A DNA stretch of 64,000 nt from Octopus vulgaris (GCA_951406725.2 OX597822.1:14136001-14200000), one strand, 5' to 3'; positions 42,401-55,875 are shown, counted from the first letter of the stretch. Translations and numbers: made by a program. Notes: generated by a model from the sequence alone, not told the origin.

Positions 42401-42810
42401 CTAGCCTATAACCCGTCATACGACGAGTAACGCTGGGAGTATACTTTACCACCATGGGTAATATCAGGAAATATTAATTACACACTATAATTACAATCTT
42501 AAGTTTTATCGGATTTCTTGGTGTTTATGCAAAACGATGAAATGAATATTAATTATCAAGAGAAAAATGTTTATTGCTTTAAAATAAGTTAAATATTAAA
42601 GAACAACATTTAAAAAGTAAAAAAAAAAAAAAAGGAAATCAAAATTACCTTCCCTGTTGCTTTTACGTAATGGAAATTCACACATATATTCACCCCCCTC
42701 TCTCTCACAACGGCAGCTTTCGTCCTATATTTATGGACTATCATATCAGCTCGGCGATAACTGTTAATATCCAGTACCGCTACCGTAGTCTCCTTTAGAG
42801 AGACTTAGAA
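42401..42810 (-). mobile_element. Probable non-autonomous Helitron (different family)
   Basis: Minus-strand 3' end CTCGTCGTATGACGGG (hairpin) TTATAGGCTAG|T. The 5' end is uncertain. Confidence 0.5.
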
Positions 42811-42821
42811 ATAATAATAAC

Positions 42822-42869
<48 letters not shown>

Positions 42870-43229
42870 TTAAAAAAAAAATTTTTTAATTTTTAAATTT
42901 GTATTTATTTATTTATTTTTTTTTTTTATGTATTAGACATTCACTAATACAACACCAAAAAAAAAAAACCCAAATATATGGCACAGAACTTCCAACCTGT
43001 TGTCTCTTGAGGTCTCTGGGTGAGACTTGGAGCCAACTTGTACAGACATAAAGCAAAAGTCAAACATAGAATAATAATAATTATAATATATATATATTCA
43101 TATATGAGTTGAGTATAGAAATTCGGGGTGAGTACTTGATAATTATAAGCACCTGTGTATACCGTTTGGTGGTGTAGGTGGTGGAGTAAATTGATCAAAA
43201 TAAAATAAAAACATGATGCGAAGGATTCA

Positions 43230-43307
43230 GCGGTACATATGTTTCGGGCCTTTATTAGACAGATTTATAACAATGCATAATGTATGTCTGTGGCCTTCTT
43301 CAGCCGC
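43230..43307 (-). ncRNA. Type I hammerhead ribozyme motif (minus-strand copy, left arm)
   Basis: Exact reverse complement of 43585-43662. Confidence 0.65.
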
Positions 43308-43584
43308 GCACAACAGCTTCCGCAAGGACATGTGTTACATCAAAAATTCTTGGTTGGGGATGCAAATCCTCTCATTCACGTACGACATAATGCGGCAGCA
43401 GCATAGAATTGAAGCGTCCATCTCTTTCTTCTCTCAATGTAGAATGATTCTACATTGAGAGAAGAAAGAGATGGACGCTTCAATTCTATGCTGCTGCCGC
43501 ATTATGTCGTACGTGAATGAGAGGATTTGCATCCCCAACCAAGAATTTTTGATGTAACACATGTCCTTGCGGAAGCTGTTGTGC

Positions 43585-43662
43585 GCGGCTGAAGAAGGCC
43601 ACAGACATACATTATGCATTGTTATAAATCTGTCTAATAAAGGCCCGAAACATATGTACCGC
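43585..43662 (+). ncRNA. Type I hammerhead ribozyme motif (plus-strand copy, right arm)
   Basis: GCGG-CTGAAGA-A-GGCC-[ACAGA...TCTGT..]-GGCC-C-GAAA-CATAT-GTA^CCGC. Helix I is GCGG/CCGC, the core is CUGANGA and GAAA, helix III is palindromic ACAUAUGU, and the GUA cleavage site lies after 43658. Confidence 0.65.
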
Positions 43663-43734
43663 TGAATCCTTCGCATCATGTTTTTATTTTATTTTGATCA
43701 ATATATTCATATATGTATAGATAGATGGATAGAT

Positions 43735-43817
<83 letters not shown>

Positions 43818-43977
43818 TGTGCGTGTGTGTGTGTGTGTGTATCCCCTCTCCTTTCCTCCTCTTTCCCTATGACAATCACTATGTGTCTAACGTTCGTTCA
43901 CTCAATGCTTGCCACCAAACTTGTATGGGCAACATTTTACACCTCTAGTGTTAATTCTTCATTTCTGTTCTTCTTCT

Positions 43978-44008
<31 letters not shown>

Positions 44009-44689
44009 ACAATATTAAACGTCACTTCAGAAATCAACCAACCAACAAGCCATCCAATATTTATATCGGTTATTATAACATAATGGTTTATTTATTGATC
44101 GTTGTCTTTATAGTGAACAGCGAGAGTCGAAACAATAACTTGCAAATGTATTCTTAATACATTCCGGCAGATTCGATCGCAAATCTGCTAATCGATGTTG
44201 CATTTGTCAATAGAGAACAACGCCTCCTGAACACGTAGTTGTCGTAGAGAAGAACTTGTTTCCTGTGACGTACACAACAGCGAATAGCATATTTACGTTC
44301 GAAAGTCTGTGTGTGGAGTGGAGATGCCTTTCTTTTTATTCCCCACCACCGCTTGACAACCGGTAAAGATGTGTTCACGTCCCCGTAACTTAAAAAATCT
44401 GCAAAAGAGACTGATAGAACAGGTACCAGGCTTTGGAAAAAACAAAAATACAGAGGTCGATTTAGTCGACAAAAATTTCTTCAAGGCTGGTGCCCCAGCA
44501 TGGCCGCAGTCTAATGACTGAAACAATAGAAAAAATGGCCATCAGTTGTTTGTTAAACATTGTATAACGCATTGAAATATTAGCATTTGTTGTTAGTGGC
44601 GACGTTTTGGTCTGGATTTCAAGCTTCAACAAACGTTTATGGTTTATTATTTATTTATTTTTATCTTTTAGCATCTTTTATTTTTTACT

Positions 44690-45075
44690 TAGTTCAGGCA
44701 TTAGACTGCGGCCATGCTGGGGCACTGGCTTGAAGAATTTTTAATCGGACCAATCGATCCTGGTAATTATTTTTTAAAGACTGGTTCTTATTCTAGCGAT
44801 CTGTTTTGCTGAACCTTAAGTTACGGGAACATAAACACACCAACGTCGGTTGTCAAGAGGTGGTGTAGGACAGGTACAGACACAAACAAACACGTGTGTG
44901 TGTCTGTGTGTGCGTGTGCGTGTGTGTGACGGGCTTATTTCAGTTTCCATCTACCAAATCCACTCAGAAGGCTTTGGTCGGCCCGCGGCAATAGTAGAAG
45001 ACACTTGTCCAAGCTGTCACACAGTGGCACTGAACCTGGAACCATGTGGATTGAAAGCAAGCTACACCTACGCCT
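44690..45075 (-). mobile_element. Diverged bipartite SINE
   Basis: Same family as 63426-63824, older copy. Confidence 0.7.
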
Positions 45076-45611
45076 AAATTTTGTTAAATTTTGTGTGGAG
45101 AGTACAGGAACCCTCAAACCAAAGAGCTGACTCAAATACTTGCAGGAGACAGGACTCGGCCAGGAAGACATAGTTGGGTGGGATGCGGGGGTGCAGGGTG
45201 GAGTGGCACAGTGCCATGCAGGTGACGCATTTATGGAGTCAGCACTTTGGGTTTATCGTATAAGCGTGTATAGGTCGTTTTGCCCAACGGCGATGGGAAC
45301 AGTACAATCACGGGCCATCCCAGGCGGCACTCACTCTAACTACGCCATTGGTTCCACCCCGGATAAACCTTGACCGAATAATTTTTTTTCTCTCTGTCTG
45401 AATCGGCTCAAATGCTTGCTTAACTAGACTTGTCTCCGTTTAAGGCAATCAGGGTACCAAATATTGGTTTCAAATTTTGGCACGGGCCAACTATTTTAGT
45501 GTATAGTTAAGTTTATTACATTGACCCCAGTGTTCAACTGGTACTCGTTTTATAGATCCCAAAGAGATGACAGACAGATAGACAATCAGGCACAACAGAC
45601 AGACAGACGGA

Positions 45612-45875
45612 CAGACAGATAGTGTGTGTGAGAGTGTTTGTGTGTGGTCGTTGAGGTGTTTTCATTTGAATGTAGCAATTTCAGTTGTGAAGAACGTCAA
45701 AGGTTCAGATGCCGAATGTTTTTGTTTGTTGGTGTGTCTAGCTCTCTATTTTTATCAAAATGGGATTGACGTGAATTTAAACAGGCTTCTAGTTGATGCG
45801 TGGCAGACACACACACACACACAGACACATATATATATATATACATATATATATGCATATATATGTATATATATG

Positions 45876-45935
<60 letters not shown>

Positions 45936-45957
45936 CATATATATACGTATATATATA

Positions 45958-46009
<52 letters not shown>

Positions 46010-46737
46010 GATATAGATATGTATGTATGCAGAGAGAACTACGACGGTACTGTGCAGATTGGCAGAGAAAGGCTGTGCAATCTGAGATACTAACGGCTAG
46101 GACGAATTGCTGCAGATGATACGCAAAGTGAAAGACTTGAGTGCACAAAGTGACCTATTCCTGAATGTAAAGAAGACAAAGATTTTGGTGGTGGATAAGT
46201 ACAGGACAGACCAAGGTGACTTCACCGTAGACGGAGAGATGACTCAATAAGTGGATGATTTTGTGTACTTGGGATCCACAATCAGCACCAGTGGATCAAG
46301 TACACCAGAGATACGGAGAAGGCTCGCGATAGGGAGGCAAGCGGTACAAGATATGGAGAACATCTGGAAGAGTCGTAGCGTGCTGAAGATAAGGCTTCTC
46401 TATTGCGACGTACGGCTGCGAGTCGTGGACAATATTGAAGGCAGACGAGAAAAGAGTGGGCGCTTTTGAAATGTGGTGTTACCGCAGAATCCTTAGAGTG
46501 TCGTGGACGGAGGAGAGAAGGACGAACAACTGGGTACTAGAAAATCTCGGTTGCGAAACATCATGAAGCGGAAGCTACGGATCTTTGGCCACGTCATGCG
46601 CCGGGATGGACTTGGGTGAATGATCATAACTGGCAAGGTGAGCGGCAGACGTAAAAGAGGCAGACCACCCCCACTTCTTGGCTGAAGGACATTGCAGTCG
46701 CAGGGTTGTCTTTATTCTCAGCTGTCCATGGGGTAGA

Positions 46738-46821
<84 letters not shown>

Positions 46822-46853
46822 GTATATATATGTATATGTATATATATATACGT

Positions 46854-46886
<33 letters not shown>

Positions 46887-46982
46887 AAATAAATATAAGA
46901 GAGTGGTCACTATATTGCTCACCCTAGCAGTGTGGAATAAATATACTATTAAATTAGTATCTAATTCTCTCACCCTTATTAA

Positions 46983-47035
<53 letters not shown>

Positions 47036-47060
47036 CATACATATATATACATATATATGT

Positions 47061-47125
<65 letters not shown>

Positions 47126-47323
47126 TCTTCCAATGAACCTAATGCTCTCAGCTAAGTTTTTCTTTGGGACTAGCCAGATTGGAGCAATCTCGAGTATAAC
47201 TAGTCGAAATTGCAAAGATAATCTGGAACTCGACTGAGGAAAGAAAAGTCCGAATGACCCGTCCTTGTTTTCTTTGTATCATCTGTCTGGATGGTTTGCG
47301 TTCTTGTCCCATTTTGTATTTTA

Positions 47324-47373
<50 letters not shown>

Positions 47374-47531
47374 ATGTATGTGTATATATATATATATATA
47401 TATGTGTGTGTATGTATGTATGTATGTGTATATATATATATATATACATACATATATTTATATATATATATACATACACACACATACATACATACATATA
47501 TACATACATATATATACATACGTACATACAT

Positions 47532-47565
<34 letters not shown>

Positions 47566-47788
47566 GTCTGTGTATGTGTGTGTGTGTGTGTGTGTGCCAC
47601 GCATCAACTAGAAGCCTGTTTAAATTCACGTCAATCCCATTTTGATAAAAATAGAGAGCCAGACACACCAACAAACAAAAACATTCGGCATCTGAAGCTT
47701 TGACGTTCTTCACAACTGAAATTGTTACATTCAAATGAAAACACCTCAACGACCACACACAAACACTCTCACACACACTATCTGTCTG
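45612..47788. repeat. 194-bp inverted repeat pair (45612-45805 and 47595-47788) enclosing ~1.8 kb
   Basis: The arms are reverse complements with 3 visible mismatches (mirror ORFs [17 protein letters not shown]... on both strands). The symmetry continues inward as (CA)n(TA)n versus (TA)n(TG)n. Confidence 0.9.
46105..46720 (+). pseudogene. RTE-clade LINE ORF2 3' remnant
   Basis: LFLNVKKTKIL...VDDFVYLGSTISTSGSSTPEIRRRLAIGRQA...YGCESWT...AFEMWCYRRILRVSWT. Frameshifted. Confidence 0.85.
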
Positions 47789-48088
47789 CCTGCCTGCCTA
47801 CCTGCTTGCGTGCCCCCCCCCCCACCACACTCTCTCTCTCCTTCTCTCATCTACCGACTATAGTTGCCAAATGCTGTTTATTTCCTGCTGTACGTTATCA
47901 GTTGTTTTGTTTTTGCTTATATTCCGTGAACGTGATGAGTTTCAAGGTTCGTTTTATTAAATGCGTATTTCAGTACAACAGTTAAAACGCTTGTTGTTTA
48001 TGTGCAAGACCCACATCGTCTCCGACTGTCCTTGATTTTGTTTGAAACATTATGACAACTGGGTTATTTCATTACTAAAAGCAGTTGA

Positions 48089-48832
48089 GGCGGTGAGCTG
48101 GCAGAAACGTTAGCACACCGGGCGAAATGTTTAGCAGTATTTCGTCTGCCGCTATGTTCTGAGTTCTAATTCCGCCGAGGTCGACTTTGCCTTTCATCCT
48201 TTTGGGTCGATTAAATAAGTACCAGTTACGCACTGGAGTCGATATAATCGACTTAATCCGTTTGTCTGTCCTTGTTAGTCCTCTCCGTGTTTAGCCCCTT
48301 GTGGGTAGTAAAGAAATAGGTATTTCGTCTGCCGCTACGTTCTGAGTTGAAATTCCGCCGAGGTCGACTTTGCCTTTCATCCTTTTGGGTCGATTAAATA
48401 AGTACCAGTTACGCACTGGAGTCGATATAATCGACTTAATCCGTTTGTCTGTCCTTGTTTGTCCTCTCTGTGTTTAGCCCCTTGTGGGTAGTAAAGAAAT
48501 AGGTATTTCGTCTGCCGCTACGTTCTGAGTTGAAATTCCGCCGAGGTCGACTTTGCCTTTCATCCTTTTGGGTCGATTAAATAAGTACCAATTACGCACT
48601 GGAGTCGATATAATCGACTTAATCCTTTTGTCTGTCCTTGTTTGTCCTCTCTGTGTTTAGCCCCTTGTGGGTAGTAAAGAAATAGGTATTTCGTCTGCCG
48701 TTACGTTCTGAGTTGAAATTCCGCCGAGGTCGACTTTGCCTTTCATCCTTTCGGGGTCGATATATTAAGTACCTGTTGCGTACTGGGGTCGATCTGATCG
48801 ACTGCGCACCGCCCTCCAAGTTCGGACCTTGT
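48089..48832 (+). repeat. Head-to-tail tandem array of Meta-like SINE body, 183-bp period, ~3.7 units
   Basis: GTATTTCGTCTGCCG starts at 48137, 48320, 48503 and 48686. Only the first unit has the A-box head. Confidence 0.9.
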
Positions 48833-49646
48833 GTAGAAAAGATTATTCAATGCATTTCCCCACCTCCTCTATATTTGAGACGATATGGAGTGATTTTGTT
48901 TTACAGAGATTTCACTGCTGTTTCTAGCAAAGCTGACTAACCACGCAGAGATTCTCTAACTGGCTGTGTACTTGTTCCTGTTGTTATTTAGTTGTTGGCA
49001 AAGAGCATGGGCAACTGGTTAGTATTGATCTGACGTTCGCAGGGTCGTGGTTTCGATTTAGGGACCGAGCAGTGAAGTGTAAATTCTTGAGCAACACACT
49101 TGATTTCAAGTTGCTCCAGTCCACTCAGCTGATAAAAAAATGAGTTACCCTGTGACAGACTAGCGTCCTGTCCAGCGGGAATGTGATCTCGGTCACTTGC
49201 ACTCTATGGAGTAAGTACGAGTCGTAGCACTTGAGACAGTAATGTCCACGGGTTGGCATTTGTCTTCTTCCTTTTAATATATCAAATGGTACAGAAGATG
49301 GAATTAGGGGCGCTGTAGTGCTTCCTCCACATGCAACCTTTTTTCTTGCTTATTCCAAACCTAAAATCTCCAAAAGAAATTTGACAAATTGGAACTGAAT
49401 GCTTCTCCAGAAATCCAATTTAGTTCTATCTTTTATCTTTTACATGCTTCCGTCAGTGGACTGTGGCCATGCTGGGGCACCGCCTTGAAGGGCTTAGTCC
49501 AACGAGTCTATCCCAGTGCGTATTTTACCAGTATGATACTTATTCTATCGGTGTCTTTTGCCGAACCGCTATGCTAGGGGGATGTATACAAACCAGCACC
49601 AAGTACTGGCGAGGAGTCGAACATAAACACACACGCACGAGACGAG

Positions 49647-49882
49647 GCGAGGCGGCGAAATGGCAGAAAAGTTAGCACGCCGGGCGAAATACGTAGCCGT
49701 ATTTCGTCCGCCGTTACGTTCTGAGTTCAAATTCCGCCGAGGTCGACTTTGCCTCTCATCCTTTCGCGATCGATAAATTAAGTATCAGTTACGCACTGGG
49801 TCAATACAATCGACTTAATCCGTTTGTCTGTCCTTGTTTGTCTCCTCTGTGTGTAGCCCCTTGTGGGCAATAAAGAAATAAT
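49647..49882 (+). mobile_element. Meta-like SINE
   Basis: Same family as 22691-22920. Confidence 0.8.
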
Positions 49883-50037
49883 AAGCACACACACACACGT
49901 AGGAATAAGATACCCCAGGTTGGCAACCTCTGAACCAAATACTTCCTCATTGGTTCGCAATTAGTTTTTGTTTATCATAGACACCACGTGACAAGTTCTG
50001 TTTGCGCAGTTAACTTGCAAACTTGATATTTCTAACA

Positions 50038-50423
50038 CAGTGATACTTCGCAGTACGAATTTAATTCGTTCCATGACCAAACTCCTCTTAGGATTTATTC
50101 GTTTCACAAATCAATTTTCCCCATTGAAATTACTTAAAGTATAATTAATCCGTTCCAGCCCCTCAAAACCACTCAAAAATAATGTTTTATGGTTTTAAAA
50201 TAGAAAAGGTGTAGTTAGAAGTAAAAATGACAATTACAAAAAAGAGAATGCAAAAGAAATATGTAAACTGGTTTTATTAACTGAATTACTTTTAAAGATG
50301 GGACGGTTTGTGCGCTCGTACTGCGGATTTACGCTCGTACTTCCAGACAAAAATTCGCACGAGTCTCGGCTCGTACAGCAAATTACTCGTACAATGGAAC
50401 ACTCGTACTGTGAGGTTCTACTG
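50038..50423. mobile_element. Tigger/pogo-type MITE (diverged)
   Basis: TIR CAGTGATACTTCGCAGTACGA versus TCGTACTGTGAGGTTCTACTG, with subterminal CTCGTAC repeats. Confidence 0.6.
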
Positions 50424-50970
50424 AATTAGAGTTTTATCTTTTCTCAAGAATCTTTACAATCGTTCGAACCGAATGAAGGAAAAGAAATTGTCGTATTCTT
50501 CAACTCAGTGGTTTCGAGTTCGAGTCCCACCGCGTGGCACCTTGAGCAAATGTCTTCGACACAGTTTCCATCTACCAAATCGACACACGAGGCATTAGTC
50601 GCTTCGAGACTAAAGCAAGAGACAATTGCTCATTTTCCTTATGTTGACTTCGCTGCATTTATCTCCTGCTTCTGAACTTGTATTGATCTGTGGCTATTGT
50701 TGTCTGAAAGCAAATTATAAATGGTTATCTTTTACTTGTTTCAATCATTAGACTGTGGCCATGCTGGGGCACCGCCCTGAAGAACTTTTAATCGAACAAA
50801 TCGACCCCAGTGCATATTTTTTAAAGATCTGGTACCTATTCTATCGGTCACTTTTGCTGAATTGCAAGTTACAGGGACATAAACACACCAACACCGGTTG
50901 TCGAGTAGTAGCGGGGAACATACACAAAGACACACATACACTCTCTCTCCCCCTCTCTTTCTCTCTCTCA

Positions 50971-51113
<143 letters not shown>

Positions 51114-51538
51114 ACTCGACAGACTTTTTTTCAGTTTCCGTGTGCAAAATCCATTCCCAAGGCTTTAGTTGGCCCGAGGTGTCCAAGATGCCACGGAGTG
51201 GGGCTGAACCCAGATCGATGTGGTTGGGAAGCAAATTTATTTCAAGGCATTGGTGACCCCCTGGACCATAGTGGAAGACACTTACCCAAGGTGCCACACA
51301 GTGGAACTGAACCTGAAGGCACGTGGTTGCAAAACGAGCTCACAGCCATACCTGTGCCTACCAACAAGGCATGGCTGTGAGCTTAAGAAAATTCCCTTTT
51401 CGTTACTCATTAGAAACTCAAAGTTTTCCATCTCAGCTTGTTTGATCAACTGAAGCTGGTTCGTCAATAAAATGAAATCAGTAATTAAAAATAGAAAACA
51501 AAGAGAAAAAGAAAAATTTTGAGTTGATTGAACAGGTA

Positions 51539-51763
51539 CGGTAATCTCACGATTACCGCAGTTGTTACGTTCCATACTTCGCTCCCCGCGATAGGTGAAA
51601 ATCCGCGAAATAGAAACAGTACTGTACTGTTTATTTTATTATTATTTTTATATTTTGTTTATATTTACTTTATTATAAATGCAAAGCAACAGCATGGAGG
51701 AATCAACGTAAGCTTAAATAATAAACCGCGATAGGTGAACCGCGATATGGTGAGGGATTATTG
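51539..51763. mobile_element. Tigger/pogo-type MITE with TA target duplication
   Basis: TA|CGGTAATCTCACGATTACCGCAGTT ... AACCGCGATATGGTGAGGGATTATTG|TA. Confidence 0.6.
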
Positions 51764-51999
51764 TACGAGATACCAGTTGGGCCCTGCTTATGGGGAAAAC
51801 TGCAAAAAGCAAAAAATGTTAAAATGAAAAGAGAGAAAAAAACCCCCCAAAACACCGTTTTAAAATTGGTTTAAAATTAAGAGCTAAGGATAAGATTAAA
51901 AAGAATTTGGCACAACGCGTACAGCGGAGAGGTTTAAGTGTCAGGGGAAGTAACTCACAATTTCGGCGTCCTTTATAGCCAAAGGAACTGTGTTATATT

Positions 52000-52354
52000 C
52001 GATGGTTTCTCAACCATTTTTTATCCATGGACCCCTTTGATTACGGTTTCATTCTGGTGAACCCCATTGCCATTCGATGTTTAAAATATAGTTTTATAGA
52101 AACTGCTTTCAAAATTCCTATTTTGCTTTTCACCCATTATCTTGTGTAGGTTGAACTTTGTAAAATGTTAAAGGAAGAAACACAGCTGTTTCTTGCAATA
52201 CATACCAATACATACATCTAAAACAAAATACTTTCAGGGGCCCTTAAAATATTATTGTGGCCCCCCCCCCCCAATTTATTATTTTATTACGCGAACCCCC
52301 GAAACTCTTATATGAACTCTCAAGGGCCATTTGGACCCCGGTTGAGAATCAATG
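52000..52354. mobile_element. hAT-type MITE (Charlie-like ends)
   Basis: CGATGGTTTCTCAACC ... GGTTGAGAATCAATG, with internal GGACCCC/GAACCCC subterminal motifs. Confidence 0.55.
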
Positions 52355-53319
52355 GTCGACGTAATGTAGATTTGACAATTCTTCATCGTCAACTGTTCCA
52401 TTCCCAGCGGCGTGTTGTATCCTTCAGCTTATTTCACGTTGTCCCACTCCACTCAGCTTCTACTTGTATTTCAAAGGGGCCACCCATGTCACATTCTCTC
52501 ATGCTAAATCTCCCTCAGAACTACGTTAAGGGTACGCGTGTCTGCGGAATATTCAGCCACTTGCACGTTAATTTCACGAGCAGGATGTTCTGTTAATCGG
52601 ATCAACAGCAACAGTGATCATCGTCGAAACCGACGGAGTGCCAGTCTCAATAGTTAACTGTAAGTCCTCAAGATCCAATATGACTGGAACCTTCTTCTCT
52701 CATTTCCAATTGAAATTCATTTACTGCTCCAGCTTGTAAGGATGGATTGCTGTCTTTAAATGCTTTAATTCGCGTTACCATATTCCTGTTGAAATACACT
52801 GTCTCTATTCCAATTAATTTTGAAAATAACGATAAATTTAGTAAAGTACTTCTTTTGTAATTAAGCTTTTGTTTAGAACAAGAAATCTTGACGGACAGTT
52901 TTACTGTATTTTCTTATGAATAAACTACACGCCTAATTTAATGTTAAATCTTGGTATGAATATTTTCCCCTTCATATTTTAAACTTTCCCGACGGTATAA
53001 GTGGCACCTCACCATTTAAAATAGAGTATAAGACAACGCAACTTATACACGGGTAAATACAACCATTTAGATAACATTAAATATGAAGTTTGCACCACAG
53101 AACCAGAGGAGGTCTTGGGCGGGTTGGTATCAAAAAGGATAAAAATGTTTCAGCCTTTGTAATATCACAACCTTAGCAATAATTATTGAAAATAATAAAT
53201 GAAGACACTAGAGCAGTGTTACTCATAAAGTGATGGAGGTGGTGGGAAGACTGAAAAGGGGACAAGCAAAATTGTCTTAAGATTAATAATAATAATAATA
53301 AGATTAACTTGAGATTAAT

Positions 53320-53704
53320 AATCCTTTCTATTATAGGCACAAGGCCTGAACTTTGAGGAAAGGGGTTAAGTCGATTACATCGACCCACTACTCAACTGGT
53401 ACGTAATTCATCGACCCCGAAAGGATGAAAGGCAAAGTCGACTTCGGCGGAATTTGAACTCGGAACGAAGCGACGGGCGAAATGACCTATTTCTTTACTA
53501 CCCACAAGGGGCTAAACACAGAGGGGACAAACAAGGACAAACAAACGGATTAAGTCGATTACATCGGCCCCAGTGCGTAATCGACCCCAAAACGATGAAA
53601 GGCAAAGTCGACCTCGGCGGAATTTGAACTCAGACCGTAACGGCAGACGAAATACGGCTACGTATTTCGCCCGGCGTGCTAACGTTTCTGCCAGCTCTTC
53701 GCCC
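53320..53704 (-). mobile_element. Tandem dimer of Meta-like SINE
   Basis: Two consecutive GATGAAAGGCAAAGTCGAC(C/T)TCGGCGGAATTTGAACTC units. Confidence 0.75.
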
Positions 53705-53843
53705 TAAGAAAGGAAGATATATTGTTAGTCATTTGACTGTGAGGTAGCAAGATATACACGTGTGTGTATGGCGGGTGTTCGATTCTCGGCAGAACATTGG
53801 TGACTATTTTTTCCAGTCTTCTAAGGGTTTTTACACACACGCA

Positions 53844-53942
<99 letters not shown>

Positions 53943-54277
53943 ACACACACACACACACACACACATACCGCAACTATAACCTACTAGCAATTCTATTATC
54001 AGTTATAAACGGAAGCCGAGGCTTCAAGAAACGAAACGCTTTATTTAATTAAAAAACACAGTGATGTCCCTCGAGGTACGGAAGTGTATGAGCGTTGTTG
54101 GCTTCTTAACATAAAATAACAATTAACTTTAAAATTCAGATTTATTTAAAAGGAAAACAAAGAAAGGAGTTTATTCGTTCCCGCGTTTTAACAGCATTCT
54201 CGGCTATTGCTAGGGGAGGCAACTCCTTCTTGGCTTAATTTTTAATTCAAAACTACGTTATTATTGTTGCGTGCATT

Positions 54278-54487
54278 TACTCTTTTTACTTTTTTTACTT
54301 GTTTCAGTCATTTGACTGCGGCCATGCTGGAGCACCGCCTTTAATCGACCAACTCGAACCCGGGACTTATTCTTTGTAAGCCAAGTACTTATTCTATCGG
54401 TCTCTTTTGCTGAACCGCTAAGTAACGGGGACATAAACACACCAGCATCGGTTGTCAAGCAATGCTAGGGGGACAAACACAGACACA

Positions 54488-54574
<87 letters not shown>

Positions 54575-55323
54575 GACGAGCTTCTTTCAGTTTCCGTCTA
54601 CCAAATCCACTCACAAGGCTTTGGTCGGCCCGAGGCTATAGTTGAAGCCATTTGCCCAAGGTGCCATGCAGTGATACTAAACCCGAAACCATGTGGTTGG
54701 TAAGCAAGCTACTTACCACACAGCCACTCCTGCGCCTATTTGAGAACCTTTCCTGATAATTGGGTATTTTGTCTCGTTTTGTTCTGTGTTGGCGAGTTTC
54801 TGCGATGTGTTTGTGCATCCCTTGGCGGAGTTTTGGATCTGGACGCCCACGTAAATTGGATTTTTCTCCGTTTTGACGGGGTTTTTTTCCAATTCTTTAA
54901 TCATCACTACCTTCGAAATGATACGGGGCATCTTTTTATTACTCTTTTACTTGTTTCAGTCATTTGACTGTGGCCATGCTGGAGCACTGCCTTTAGTCGA
55001 GCAAATCGACCCCAGGACTTATTCTTTGTAAGCCTAGTAGTTATTCTATCGGTCTCTTTTGCCGAACCGCTAAGTGACGGGGACGTAAACACACCAGCAC
55101 CAGTTGTGAAGAGATGTTGGGGGGACAAACACACACACACAAACATATACACACACATATACATATACATATATACGACGGGCTTCTTTCAGTTCCCGTC
55201 TACGAAATCCAATCACAAGGCTTTGGTCGGCCCGAGGCTATAGTAGAAGGCATTTGCTGAAAGTGCCATGCAGCGGGTCTGAACCCGGAACCATGTGGTT
55301 GGTAAGCAAGCTACTTACCACAC
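54278..55323 (-). mobile_element. Two bipartite SINE copies (54278-54737 and ~54940-55323)
   Basis: Same family as 63426-63824. Confidence 0.85.
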
Positions 55324-55838
55324 TTGAAAATTTATGATTTTTTAACTCACCCCAACCCCAACCCCCACCCCGGACCGATTTGGGCCTTTTTTCTTTTTTC
55401 TTTTTGCACTACGCGCTTAAAATGCCATAAGAGAAGCCTTTTCGGTGTAAAAATAAGAAAAAAATTGTAAATATTTTTAGAAGAAAAAGTGTGTGATTTA
55501 AGGGAAATTTGGTTTTTGTTTCTAGCACATCCCACGACCACCTTCCTCGTTTTTTTTTCTCATTCTGTCATGTATTGATGTTTTTCAATATTTTTCTCTC
55601 CATAAATACATTTTATGGATTGGTGTTGCGAAAATAACACGCGTGGGTCATTGCTGGGATATTAAGAAACATATAAACAAACTTGTAGTTGAAATGTTTA
55701 ACATCTCCACCCCCACCCCATCTAAGCGAGTCTGTGTGTGTGCGCTCGCGCACGCGTCTGTGTATACATAAAACAAACAAAACAAAACATACAAATCTGT
55801 ACACATACATACATACATACACAATTACATACACACAT

Positions 55839-55875
<37 letters not shown>

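Larger units (their letters stand above)
43190..43702. repeat. Perfect 513-bp palindrome (256-bp arms, 1-nt spacer at 43446)
   Basis: ATTGATCAAAATAAAATAAAAACATGATGCG...AATGTAGAAT-G-ATTCTACATT...CGCATCATGTTTTTATTTTATTTTGATCAAT. Mirror ORFs 43213-43458 (+) and 43434-43679 (-) are identical except at the centre codon. Confidence 0.97.

Noticed and set aside
43213-43679. Mirror 81-aa ORFs in the palindrome arms
   Set aside because: They follow from the palindrome symmetry and have no recognisable domain. The RNA motif explains the sequence better.
48089-48832. Possible CRISPR-like array or hammerhead retrozyme array
   Set aside because: The units are contiguous SINE bodies without unique spacers, and I found no hammerhead core on either strand.
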